A stretch of DNA of 64,000 nucleotides from the NCBI GenBank assembly GCA_031411295.1, contig JANOAV010000083.1, positions 1-64,000 on the forward strand, given 5' to 3'. Numbering within the stretch: the stretch's first letter is position 1; every line of letters begins with the position of its first letter. The stretch is from Verrucomicrobiales bacterium. Lineage in GTDB: Bacteria; Verrucomicrobiota; Verrucomicrobiia; Verrucomicrobiales; V1-33. Below are positions 55,449 to 64,000 of the stretch, one piece after another. The position numbers were made by a program, and so were the translations under genes. The notes below the pieces were generated by a model. That model was not told the DNA's origin, searched no databases, and saw only the letters and a list, made by a program, of their open reading frames with translations.

Positions 55449-57965
55449 ATGACCGAAATGCAGCGCAACGAAAATCTCCTGATCACCGGAGCCCTGCAAA
55501 AAGCCATCCTCAACAGCGCCAATTTCTCCAGCATCGCGACGGATGAGAAGGGGGTAATTCAACTCTTCAACGTGGGGGCGGAACGGATGCTGGGCTATGC
55601 CGCCTCTGAAGTGCTCAACAAGATCACTCCGGCTGAAATTTCAGACCCACAGGAAGTGATTGCGCGGGCTGAAGCCCTGAGTCTGGAATTGGGAACTAAG
55701 ATTGCGCCCGGCTTTGAAGCACTTGTATTTAAAGCTTCCCGTGGGATCGAGGACATCTATGAGCTAACCTACATTCGCAAAGATGGCAGTCGGTTCCCCG
55801 CCGTGGTTTCCGTGACCGCCTTGCGCGACTTCGCTGAGGCCATCATCGGATACCTCTTAATCGGAACCGACAACACGGCACGGAAGCAAGTAGAAGCCGA
55901 ACGGCAACATTTGCTGCACGTGCAGGCAGAGACAAATCGACAACTAACCGAAGCTAATGTGACCTTGCAGCTTAGCGAGGAAAAGCTCGCAGTCACCTTG
56001 AACTCCATTGGGGACGGAGTCATTGCCACCGATGCCGAGGCCCGCGTAACCTTACTGAATCCATTGGCCGAAGAACTCGCCGGCTGGACTCAGGCGCAGG
56101 CTAGGGGGCGTTTGGTCAGTGAAATCTTCCACGTCGTCAACAAGGAGACCCGTGAGTCCGCACTGATACCGGTGCTGGAAACCTTGGCTAAAGGCGTCAT
56201 TCAAGGCATGGCAAATCATACGGTGCTCATTTCCCGGCAGGGCAGTGAATGTGACATTGCCGACAGTTGTGCGCCCATTCGTGACCGTGATGGATTAGTC
56301 ATCGGAGCGGTGCTGGTCTTCCGGGATGTCACCGGAGATTATGCCGCCCAACAAGCCCTGCGGGACCAGCAGTTCTACACCCGCTCATTAATCGAATCCA
56401 ATATCGATGCCCTCATGACCACCGATCCCGAGGGGATCATCACGGATGTCAATAATCAAATGGAGACCCTGACTGGTTGTTCCCGCGAGGAATTGATTGG
56501 TGCCGCCTTTAAAAATTACTTCACAGATTCCGTCCGTGCAGAAGCCGGGATCAAGCTGGTTCTCAGTGAAGGCAAAGTGACGGATTACGAACTGACCGCT
56601 CGGGCCAAGGATGGTCAGGAAACGATTGTTTCCTACAATGCGACCAATTTCCATGATCGGGATGGGGTGCTCAAAGGCGTCTTTGCGGCGGCGCGAGACG
56701 TTACCGAGCGCAAGCGCTGGGATCGTGTGTTGCACGAGAACACCCTGGAACTTGAAGCCGCCAAAGCGGTCGCGGAGAAAGCAAATTTGGCGAAGTCAGA
56801 TTTCTTGTCCAGTATGAGTCATGAGTTACGCTCCCCGCTCAATGCCATTTTGGGCTTTGCTCAATTGATGGATTCCGACGAGCCGCCGCCCAGTGTCGCC
56901 CAGAAAAGCAGCATCGACCAGATTCTCCATGCGGGCTGGTATTTGCTGGAGTTGATCAATGAAATCCTGGATTTGGCAGTGGTGGAATCCGGCCGCCTGG
57001 CGCTTTCCTTGGAACCGGTTTCCCTGCCGGAGGTCATCCTCGAATGCCAAGCCATGATCGAACCGCAAGCGCGCAAGCGAGGCATCACCATGACCTTTCC
57101 CAAGTTTGCCAAGCCTTGTTACATCAAGGCCGATCACACGCGGGTGAAGCAAGTAATAATCAACCTCCTGTCGAATGCCATTAAGTATAATAACGCGGGC
57201 GGCTCCGTCACGCTAAGCTGCACGCCAAGCGACGAGAGCTTTATTCGTATCTGCGTCAAAGATACGGGAGTAGGGCTGTCCGCGCAGAATCTGGCGCAGT
57301 TATTTCAGCCCTTCAATCGATTAGGCCAGGAAGCTGGGGGCGAGGAAGGCACCGGCATCGGGCTAGTGGTGAGCAAGCGACTGGTGGAACTCATGCAGGG
57401 CCGCATTGGCGTGGAAAGCACCGTGAATGCCGGCAGCAACTTCTGGATTGACCTCGTGGCGGACAATGATCCTCACGCCGCCTACATCAAGGCCGCGCTG
57501 GCGCAACCCGTGGGGGCTCCGCCAACCACCGCCGTCCGCTCGCGACTCCTGCTCTACGTGGAAGATAATCCAGCCAATTTAAAGCTGATTGAACAACTCA
57601 TTGCGCGTCGCCCGGACATGCGTTTGCTCACCGCCCAGAACGGGCAGGATGGCATCAGCTTGGCCCGCGTCCATCTGCCGGAGGTAATCCTCATGGACAT
57701 TAATTTACCTGGTATCAATGGCATCGAAGCCATGAAGATCCTCCGGGCGGATCCGACCACCCAGCATATCCCCATTGTGGCTCTGAGCGCCAATGCCATG
57801 CCACAGGACATTGAGAAGGGGATTGCGGCGGGCTTCTTCCGTTATCTTACGAAGCCCATCAAAGTTCCGGAGTTCTTGGAAACACTCAGCATCGCGCTAG
57901 AAAACGCAGAACAGACGGCCCATGCGAAACAAGCGATCAACACCGACCGCGGCGTCAGCCAATAG
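55449..57965 (+). CDS. cytoplasmic hybrid histidine kinase (three PAS, HisKA, HATPase, REC)
   Basis: PAS repeats, SMSHELRSPLN, NLLSNAIKY, GTGIGL and YVEDN...MDINLP...KP. Confidence 0.93.
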   Translation: MTEMQRNENLLITGALQKAILNSANFSSIATDEKGVIQLFNVGAERMLGYAASEVLNKITPAEISDPQEVIARAEALSLELGTKIAPGFEALVFKASRGIEDIYELTYIRKDGSRFPAVVSVTALRDFAEAIIGYLLIGTDNTARKQVEAERQHLLHVQAETNRQLTEANVTLQLSEEKLAVTLNSIGDGVIATDAEARVTLLNPLAEELAGWTQAQARGRLVSEIFHVVNKETRESALIPVLETLAKGVIQGMANHTVLISRQGSECDIADSCAPIRDRDGLVIGAVLVFRDVTGDYAAQQALRDQQFYTRSLIESNIDALMTTDPEGIITDVNNQMETLTGCSREELIGAAFKNYFTDSVRAEAGIKLVLSEGKVTDYELTARAKDGQETIVSYNATNFHDRDGVLKGVFAAARDVTERKRWDRVLHENTLELEAAKAVAEKANLAKSDFLSSMSHELRSPLNAILGFAQLMDSDEPPPSVAQKSSIDQILHAGWYLLELINEILDLAVVESGRLALSLEPVSLPEVILECQAMIEPQARKRGITMTFPKFAKPCYIKADHTRVKQVIINLLSNAIKYNNAGGSVTLSCTPSDESFIRICVKDTGVGLSAQNLAQLFQPFNRLGQEAGGEEGTGIGLVVSKRLVELMQGRIGVESTVNAGSNFWIDLVADNDPHAAYIKAALAQPVGAPPTTAVRSRLLLYVEDNPANLKLIEQLIARRPDMRLLTAQNGQDGISLARVHLPEVILMDINLPGINGIEAMKILRADPTTQHIPIVALSANAMPQDIEKGIAAGFFRYLTKPIKVPEFLETLSIALENAEQTAHAKQAINTDRGVSQ

Positions 57966-57978
57966 CAAGCCAAGACTT

Positions 57979-60666
57979 ATGAAAACAGCAAATAAAGTCT
58001 GGCTCACCCTGGCTGTTTCACTGCTGCTGGTTGCGGTAGGAACCATCGCGTTATTCCGGGCTTATCGGCAGATCGAGGGTGCCGCTGAGCTGAGGCAGCG
58101 GACGCACGTTATCATCAGTCAGGCCCAGGATTTGTTGTCTGAGATCAAGGATGCAGAAACCGGGCAGCGTGGCTATGCCATTACTGGTGACGAGGCATTT
58201 CTAGAACCCTATCTTAAGGTGCAAGGCGGGCTCCAGGAAAATCTAGAGGATTTGCGTCTCCTGACGATGATCCCGCAGGGTCAGGCCCATTTGGACGAAG
58301 TGAGGCCCTTGATAGCGGCTAAATTGACGCACATGGCAAAGGTCATTGAGCAGCGACGGCAGAATAACTCTGCGGCGGTGGTCGCTCTGGTCAGCAAGGG
58401 AGAAGGAATGGAACTGATGGACTCCATCCGTGAGCACATGAGCGCTTTCCATCAAATCGAGGAGGCTGCATTGGCTCAGCGTGAAGTTGAGTTTCAGGAA
58501 AAACTCCGCCACCTCCTAGCTACCATTGTGCTGGCCACTCTGCTCACGCTAGTGCTAGCATTGTTGTTCGCTTGGTTCACCTATCGGGACACTCGGCATC
58601 AGCTGAAGAACCTGGTTCATCTCGAAACCCTGCACCTACTCGGAGAGCAGAAGTTGTTGAGCCATCAACTGTGGCAGGCCAACGCGACCTTGCAGATTAG
58701 CGAAGAGAAGCTTGGCGTTACGCTAAACTCCATTGGTGATGCCGTCATCGCGACCGATGCGGATGCGCGCATTACCCTATTGAACCCCCTGGCAGAGAAG
58801 CTCACTGGCTGGACGCAAGCGGAAGCCCGCGGGCACCCGGTCAGCGAGATCTTTAACATTATCAATAAAGCCAGCCGTCGGCCCGCCACGATTCCTGTCA
58901 TCGAGACGTTGCAACAAGGCACCGTCGTTGGCTTGGCCAACCACACGGTCCTAATTTCACGGACTGGCAGCGAGTGTGACATCGCAGACAGTTGCGCCCC
59001 CATTCGGGACCGCGAGGGGGCGGTGATCGGGGCGGTGCTGGTGTTTCGGGATGTCACCGGAGAATACGCGGCCCACCAGGCCTTGCACGACCAGCAGTTC
59101 TATACGCGCTCTTTAATTGAATCGAATATTGACGCCTTAATGACGACCGACCCTGCTGGAATCATCACCGACGTGAACCAGCAGATGGAAGCACTGACCG
59201 GGCGTTCCCGCACTGAATTGATCGGCACGCCATTCAAAAACTACTTCACTAATCCAGCGCTAGCAGAGGCAGGCATCAACCTTGTCCTTACCAAGGGCAA
59301 AGTGACGGACTATGAACTCACGGCCCGAGCCAAGGATGGGAAGGAAACGACCGTGTCCTATAACGCTACAACTTTCCATGATCGGGATCGCATCCTTCAA
59401 GGGGTCTTCGCAGCCGCCCGTGATGTCACTGAGCGCAAGCACTTGGATCGTGTGTTGCACGAGAACACCCTGGAACTTGAAGCCGCCAAAGCGGTCGCGG
59501 AGAAAGCAAATTTGGCGAAGTCAGATTTCTTGTCCAGCATGAGTCACGAGTTGCGCTCTCCGCTCAATGCCATCTTGGGCTTTGCGCAATTGATGGATTC
59601 TGACGAACCGCCACCCACCAGCACGCAAAAGGGCAGCATCGATCAGATCCTCCATGCCGGATGGTATTTGCTGGAGTTGATTAACGAAATTTTGGATTTG
59701 GCGGTGGTCGAATCCGGGCGCTTGGCACTTTCCTTGGAGGCGGTTTCGCTCCCGGAAGTGATTCTCGAATGCCAAGCCATGATCGAACCCCAAGCGCTCA
59801 AGCGCGGCATTACCATAACCTTTCCCAAGTTTGCGAAGCCTTGCTACATCAAGGCCGACCACACGCGGGTGAAGCAAGTTCTCATCAACCTACTGTCGAA
59901 TGCCATTAAATATAACAAAACAGGAGGCTCCGTCACCCTGACCTGCATTCCCAGTGACGAGAGCTTTATTCGCCTCTGCGTCAAAGATACGGGAGTGGGA
60001 CTGTCCGCGCAGAATCTGGCGCAGTTGTTTCAACCTTTCAACAGACTGGGACAGGAGGCAGGGGGCGAGGAGGGCACCGGCATCGGGCTAGTAGTTAGCA
60101 AACGCCTGGTCGAACTCATGCAGGGCCGCATTGGCGTGGAAAGCACGGTGGATGCAGGCAGTAATTTCTGGATTGAATTGGTGGTGGAAAATGATCCCCA
60201 CGCCGCCTACATCAAAGCCGCACTGGCGCAACCCGTGGGGGCTCTGCCGACCACCGCCGCCCGCTCGCGACTCCTGCTCTACGTGGAGGATAATCCAGCC
60301 AATCTGAAGCTGATTGAACAACTCATCGCGCGTCGCCCGGACATGCGCTTGCTCACCGCCCAGAACGGGCGCGATGGCATTAGCCTGGCCCGAGTTCATT
60401 TACCGGAGGTGATCCTCATGGACATCAATTTACCTGGCATCAATGGCATCGAAGCCATGAAGATCCTCCGGGCAGATCCGACCACCCAGCACATTCCCAT
60501 TGTAGCTCTGAGCGCCAATGCCATGCCGCAGGACATTGAGAATGGGATTGCGGCGGGCTTTTTCCGTTACCTCACCAAGCCCATCAAGGTGTCGGAATTC
60601 ATGGAAACATTGAATGTTGCGTTGGATCACGCTGCCACCACAACCAAACCACCAATAGATTCATGA
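57979..60666 (+). CDS. membrane hybrid histidine kinase (CHASE3, two PAS, HisKA, HATPase, REC)
   Basis: TM, DAETGQRGY-ITGDE-FLEPY (CHASE3), TM, then a near copy of the C-terminal ~650 aa of the preceding kinase. Confidence 0.94.
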   Translation: MKTANKVWLTLAVSLLLVAVGTIALFRAYRQIEGAAELRQRTHVIISQAQDLLSEIKDAETGQRGYAITGDEAFLEPYLKVQGGLQENLEDLRLLTMIPQGQAHLDEVRPLIAAKLTHMAKVIEQRRQNNSAAVVALVSKGEGMELMDSIREHMSAFHQIEEAALAQREVEFQEKLRHLLATIVLATLLTLVLALLFAWFTYRDTRHQLKNLVHLETLHLLGEQKLLSHQLWQANATLQISEEKLGVTLNSIGDAVIATDADARITLLNPLAEKLTGWTQAEARGHPVSEIFNIINKASRRPATIPVIETLQQGTVVGLANHTVLISRTGSECDIADSCAPIRDREGAVIGAVLVFRDVTGEYAAHQALHDQQFYTRSLIESNIDALMTTDPAGIITDVNQQMEALTGRSRTELIGTPFKNYFTNPALAEAGINLVLTKGKVTDYELTARAKDGKETTVSYNATTFHDRDRILQGVFAAARDVTERKHLDRVLHENTLELEAAKAVAEKANLAKSDFLSSMSHELRSPLNAILGFAQLMDSDEPPPTSTQKGSIDQILHAGWYLLELINEILDLAVVESGRLALSLEAVSLPEVILECQAMIEPQALKRGITITFPKFAKPCYIKADHTRVKQVLINLLSNAIKYNKTGGSVTLTCIPSDESFIRLCVKDTGVGLSAQNLAQLFQPFNRLGQEAGGEEGTGIGLVVSKRLVELMQGRIGVESTVDAGSNFWIELVVENDPHAAYIKAALAQPVGALPTTAARSRLLLYVEDNPANLKLIEQLIARRPDMRLLTAQNGRDGISLARVHLPEVILMDINLPGINGIEAMKILRADPTTQHIPIVALSANAMPQDIENGIAAGFFRYLTKPIKVSEFMETLNVALDHAATTTKPPIDS

Positions 60667-61157
60667 GCGCCACCATTCCCATCGTTCAACGTCCTCACGC
60701 TCAGCCCATGGCGCTAGTCGGATGGATACTATTATCCCTCTCGGCCTCGTTGGGAGGGGTGTTCATTTCCCTTGGGGAATGGTATGCCCGCCTCCATAAA
60801 CCAACATGGAATCCACCCGCATGGGTTTTCGGACCTGCTTGGACACTGCTCTATGTGATGATGGGGGTGGCCGCATGGTTGATCTGGAGAGAAGGCGGGT
60901 GGCGCGAGCGACGACGCCCTTTGATATTGTTTCTCATACAATGGTTTCTCAATGCATTGTGGACACCGCTGTTCTTCGGTCTGCATCAGCCCGGGCTGGC
61001 CTTTGCTGAGATGGTCCTATTATGGCTGATGGTCGCACTGACTGTATTTGTATTTTGGCAAATTCGTCGCTCCGCCGGGCTCTTGCTGCTGCCCTATCTG
61101 GCATGGATCACCTTTGCCGCAGTGCTCAATTTCACCATCTGGCGCATGAATCTCTGA
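60663..61157 (+). CDS. tspO: TspO/MBR tryptophan-rich sensory protein
   Basis: WYARLHKPTWNPPAWVFGPAWTLLY, LNALWTPLFFG and PYLAWITFA-VLN. Confidence 0.95.
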   Translation: MSATIPIVQRPHAQPMALVGWILLSLSASLGGVFISLGEWYARLHKPTWNPPAWVFGPAWTLLYVMMGVAAWLIWREGGWRERRRPLILFLIQWFLNALWTPLFFGLHQPGLAFAEMVLLWLMVALTVFVFWQIRRSAGLLLLPYLAWITFAAVLNFTIWRMNL

Positions 61158-61213
61158 AGCGGGAGCGCAGCATCCACGGCGTCTAGCAATCGAAAGAAAA
61201 TGAAGTAACCTGC

Positions 61214-61768
61214 ATGAAAACTCCACCCTCCGCCACCCCGCCGCCAAAGGATCACCATCTTCGTTTCCATAAACCGCATAGTCATCTGAATCCAGTCTTC
61301 GGTCCAGATTGGTTTGCGCTCAAGGCCGAAGCCTTCGCTCGCTTTTTCGGCACGCCGTTATTCCTCGGCGCACAGACGTTAGCGGTTGCGATGTGGATCG
61401 CGCTGAATGCGTCCGGGGTCTTCCATTTCGATGTTTATCCGTTCATTTTGTTAAACCTCGCGTTCAGCCTTCAGGCAGCCTACGCAGCACCGCTCATTTT
61501 ACTCGCCCAGACGCGTCAAGCAGATCGGGACAAAGCCCACGCTGAAGCAGATGCCCTGCATCGCGAGGATCTGGCCCAAACCAATGAAACACGTCTGATC
61601 CAAGCGGCTGAGCAAGCCGCTCTAATGGTAAAACTCCTGGAGCAAAACACCCAACTCACTGAGCTGACGCAGCAAATGACGGAACGCGTTGAAACCCTGA
61701 CCAAGGAGCTACATGCACACGTGGTCAGGGTTGGGGGGAATGCATCCACTCCAAGTTCAGCAATCTAG
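61214..61768 (+). CDS. DUF1003 membrane protein
   Basis: ARFFGTP and FDVYPFILLNLAFSLQAAYAAPLILLAQTRQADRD. Confidence 0.92.
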   Translation: MKTPPSATPPPKDHHLRFHKPHSHLNPVFGPDWFALKAEAFARFFGTPLFLGAQTLAVAMWIALNASGVFHFDVYPFILLNLAFSLQAAYAAPLILLAQTRQADRDKAHAEADALHREDLAQTNETRLIQAAEQAALMVKLLEQNTQLTELTQQMTERVETLTKELHAHVVRVGGNASTPSSAI

Positions 61769-61773
61769 CCCGC

Positions 61774-62736
61774 TCAGAAATTTGTGAGATAGGCTCGATA
61801 AAATCGTTTCGGCCCGGTGGCCAAATTGGCGGGATGCGTGAAGGACCAAGTGTCCGTGATAGGCGTATCCGTCGCGATCGTGGTCCAAATGTCGGTGTTC
61901 ATGTCGGTGCTCGTTTGCAGGATTAATTTGAAGAACGGAGTGGTGTTGACGCTGACCGAGACAGCCCCTGCGTTCGTCCTCGACACTGCTGTGAATCGTG
62001 GATTACCAGGCGTCGGCAGGTCTCCACCATTGCCATTGAAAGTGACTCCCGCGGTAAACGCCAGCGCCCGCCCATTAATGTTACTGCTAGTTCCCATGGT
62101 AATCGCCTGATCCGCCATGATGGTTCCTTGGAACGAGGCAAAGGTGCCGATGACAGCCGAGGATCCAACCTGCCAAAAGACGTTGCGCGCCTGAGCTCCT
62201 CCTACTAGCAGGATCTTCATCCCGCTGACAAGCTGCAAATCGGCGGCACATTGAAAGATCCAAACATCATTAGCTCCACCAGTCAGGGTAAGATCGGCCC
62301 CAATGACCAGAGTCGTGCTGGTGATTTTATACAGACCAGGAACCAAGTTCAAGCCACCGAGGTTGCCCGACCCTGGATTCAGGAAGGGTCCTGAGGGCAC
62401 CGGGGTGCGCCCCGCCGCCGCATTGTAAGCTGTCGTGAGATCTCCCTTAGCCGTGAGCAGCAACGCGGCATCAATGATGGATCCTGCTGGCCCCGCTGCA
62501 TCCACCGCGTAGATGTGTCCATTTACCTGCGCCTGCGTTAGGTGAATGGCAGCTCCAGAAATGGGACTGGCTCCAACATCGCCATTGATAATACCGCCGC
62601 CAGTCGTTGTAATCGTTGCGCCCGCTAAAATTGTGAAATGAGCCGCTGAGCCCAGATCAATGGGGGCGGGACCGTCGGCTAGGAGTAATCCCGTCATGGC
62701 GCAGTAAGCCAGAGCGGGAGAAAAGAGTGATTTCAT
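61774..62736 (-). CDS. DUF3494 ice-binding-family protein with C-terminal secretion-like tail
   Basis: Signal peptide, IDLGSAAHFTILAG, GDVGASP, L-PGLYK, DVWIFQ, GGAQARNVFWQV and GRAL. Tail QTSTDM...W...KRFYRA. Confidence 0.9.
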   Translation of the reverse strand: MKSLFSPALAYCAMTGLLLADGPAPIDLGSAAHFTILAGATITTTGGGIINGDVGASPISGAAIHLTQAQVNGHIYAVDAAGPAGSIIDAALLLTAKGDLTTAYNAAAGRTPVPSGPFLNPGSGNLGGLNLVPGLYKITSTTLVIGADLTLTGGANDVWIFQCAADLQLVSGMKILLVGGAQARNVFWQVGSSAVIGTFASFQGTIMADQAITMGTSSNINGRALAFTAGVTFNGNGGDLPTPGNPRFTAVSRTNAGAVSVSVNTTPFFKLILQTSTDMNTDIWTTIATDTPITDTWSFTHPANLATGPKRFYRAYLTNF

Positions 62737-62833
62737 GGTTTGTATTTTTTGGATTAGAGAAACAAGGTAGTTCGAAACCTTACCCCAACGTGGGGACACA
62801 GGACCGCCAACACCTCCAAGCTACCACTGCGGC

Positions 62834-63106
62834 ATGATCGTCGCTATGGGGTCTTCACCCACCAGGGATCGCATTGGGGAGTTGTGGATTAGTCATCAGA
62901 AGGCGGAGATCATTGTTGCCGCAAGGCATCAGGAAAACGTCAGCCAGCTGTGGAGCCAAGCCACCAGCGGGGCCGAAGTCCGGTTTTACAACCAAATCAT
63001 TGATCGTATTCAGGATGCTTCATCCCTGCTCATATTCGGACCAGATGAGGCTAAATCTGAGCTGCTACTACGCTTGGAACTTTTATCTCCCAAGCGGCAT
63101 TTCTGA
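62834..63106 (+). pseudogene. remnant of an eRF1-related / host-attachment-like small protein
   Basis: LWISHQKAEI...FYNQIIDRIQDASSLLIFGPDEAKSEL resembles the WIDHxxA...FYxxV...IxGPxxAKxEL family but is shortened. Confidence 0.5.
62846..62862 (-). promoter_or_regulatory. 17-bp regulon box 15
   Basis: GTGGGTGAAGACCCCAT, N22, TAGCTT (62818-62823), upstream of the ice-binding protein gene. Confidence 0.8.
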
Positions 63107-63130
63107 CCAGCGTATCCGGTCGAGAACCTA

Positions 63131-63147
63131 CTTGGGGTGCACCCCAT
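63131..63147. promoter_or_regulatory. 17-bp regulon box 16 (orphan)
   Basis: CTTGGGGTGCACCCCAT containing the perfect palindrome TGGGGTGCACCCCA. No -10 at N22. Confidence 0.55.
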
Positions 63148-63195
63148 AGTCGCCTTTACAGGGTATGAAGTGGCAGCGCCAACAAAGGAGCACCT

Positions 63196-64000
63196 CTAAA
63201 GATTCGTTAGATAGGCCCGATAGAATCTCTTCGGCCCTGTGGCCTGGCTCGCGGGATGCGTGTAGGACCATGAATCCAAGCTTGGCGTGTCCGTCGTGAC
63301 CGTGGTCCACACGTCCGCATTCATGTCCATGCTTGTTTGCAATATTAGTTTAAAAAACGGAGTGGTCTTAACGGTCAGGGACACCTCCCCAAGCGTGTTT
63401 CTAGAGATGTGAGTGAAGGATGGATTGGCGGGCGTAGGCAGGTCTCCACCATTGCCATTGAAAGTGACTCCAGCGGTAAACGCCAGCGCCCGACCATTCA
63501 TGGCGCTGCTAGTTCCCATGGTGATTGCTTGGTCGGCCATGATGGTGCCGTTAAATGTGGCGAAGGTTCCGATGACGGCGGAGGTGCCAACCTGCCAGTA
63601 AATATTCCGCGCCTGCGCGCCCCCTGCGAGCAGCACGCGAATGCCGCTTCCCAATTGGAGGTCCGCCGCGCATTGGAAGATCCAGACATCATTGGCACCA
63701 CCAGTTAGGGTCAGGTCTGATCCCGTTATCAAGGTGGTTCCAGTAAATTTATAAAGCCCAGGAATCAGATTTAACCCGCCAATGTTACCTGCTCCGGGAT
63801 TTAGAAACGGTCCAGAAGGAGTCGGCATGCGCCCAGCCGCCGCATTGTAAGCTGTCTTGAGATCTCCCTTGGCTGTGAGTAACAGCGCGGCATCAATGAT
63901 GGAGCCGGCCGGACCACCCGCATCCACCGCGTAGATGTGTCCGTTTACCTGAGCCTGGGTCAGATGAATAGCCGTTCCGGAAATCGGGCTGGCCCCAATG
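63196..64000 (-). CDS. second DUF3494 ice-binding-family protein (5' end outside the window)
   Basis: Close paralog of 61774..62736, including the ATGPKRFYRAYLTN tail. The frame stays open to the window edge. Confidence 0.9.
   Translation of the reverse strand, partial: IGASPISGTAIHLTQAQVNGHIYAVDAGGPAGSIIDAALLLTAKGDLKTAYNAAAGRMPTPSGPFLNPGAGNIGGLNLIPGLYKFTGTTLITGSDLTLTGGANDVWIFQCAADLQLGSGIRVLLAGGAQARNIYWQVGTSAVIGTFATFNGTIMADQAITMGTSSAMNGRALAFTAGVTFNGNGGDLPTPANPSFTHISRNTLGEVSLTVKTTPFFKLILQTSMDMNADVWTTVTTDTPSLDSWSYTHPASQATGPKRFYRAYLTNL

Noticed and set aside
25739..63147. Reading the 17-bp box as a REP, IS end or ECF -35 element
   Set aside because: It sits upstream of genes, oriented toward them at a fixed distance from a sigma70-type -10, with no target duplications. 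A 22-nt spacer is too long for a sigma -35/-10 pair.
1..64000. tRNA, rRNA, integrase or transposase genes bounding the island
   Set aside because: None was recognised by eye, so mobility of the island cannot be claimed.

Overview
64 kb of a moderately GC-rich bacterial genome, most likely Verrucomicrobiota (inferred from a barrel-less autotransporter-repeat giant protein and characteristic C-terminal tails). Bases 1-18,200 hold housekeeping genes (PfkB kinase, thiE, RodZ-like), orphan immunity-like genes, a GTAG-REP inverted-repeat element, a 2,565-aa surface protein and a GT2/BKACE/acyltransferase operon. From about 18.3 kb to the end lies a mosaic general-stress island: three csbD copies, entericidin, two DUF883/ElaB genes, yqjDEK-like genes, YciF, DUF4142, DUF6496, two DUF1003 genes, TspO, an ECF sigma factor, DUF3494 ice-binding proteins, several kinases and many gene remnants. 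The main discovery is a 17-bp pseudo-palindromic box (consensus GTRGGGTTNNACCCCAT) found 16 times between genes of the island. In 13 of the 16 copies it lies 21-22 nt upstream of an nAnnnT -10 hexamer, the class II activator position. One copy precedes a four-gene two-component locus: a His-less pseudokinase, a HisKA_3 kinase, a REC-only protein and a NarL-family regulator. This suggests an autoregulated, NarL-type general stress regulon that I do not recognise as described for this phylum. All family calls were made by eye, without database searches.
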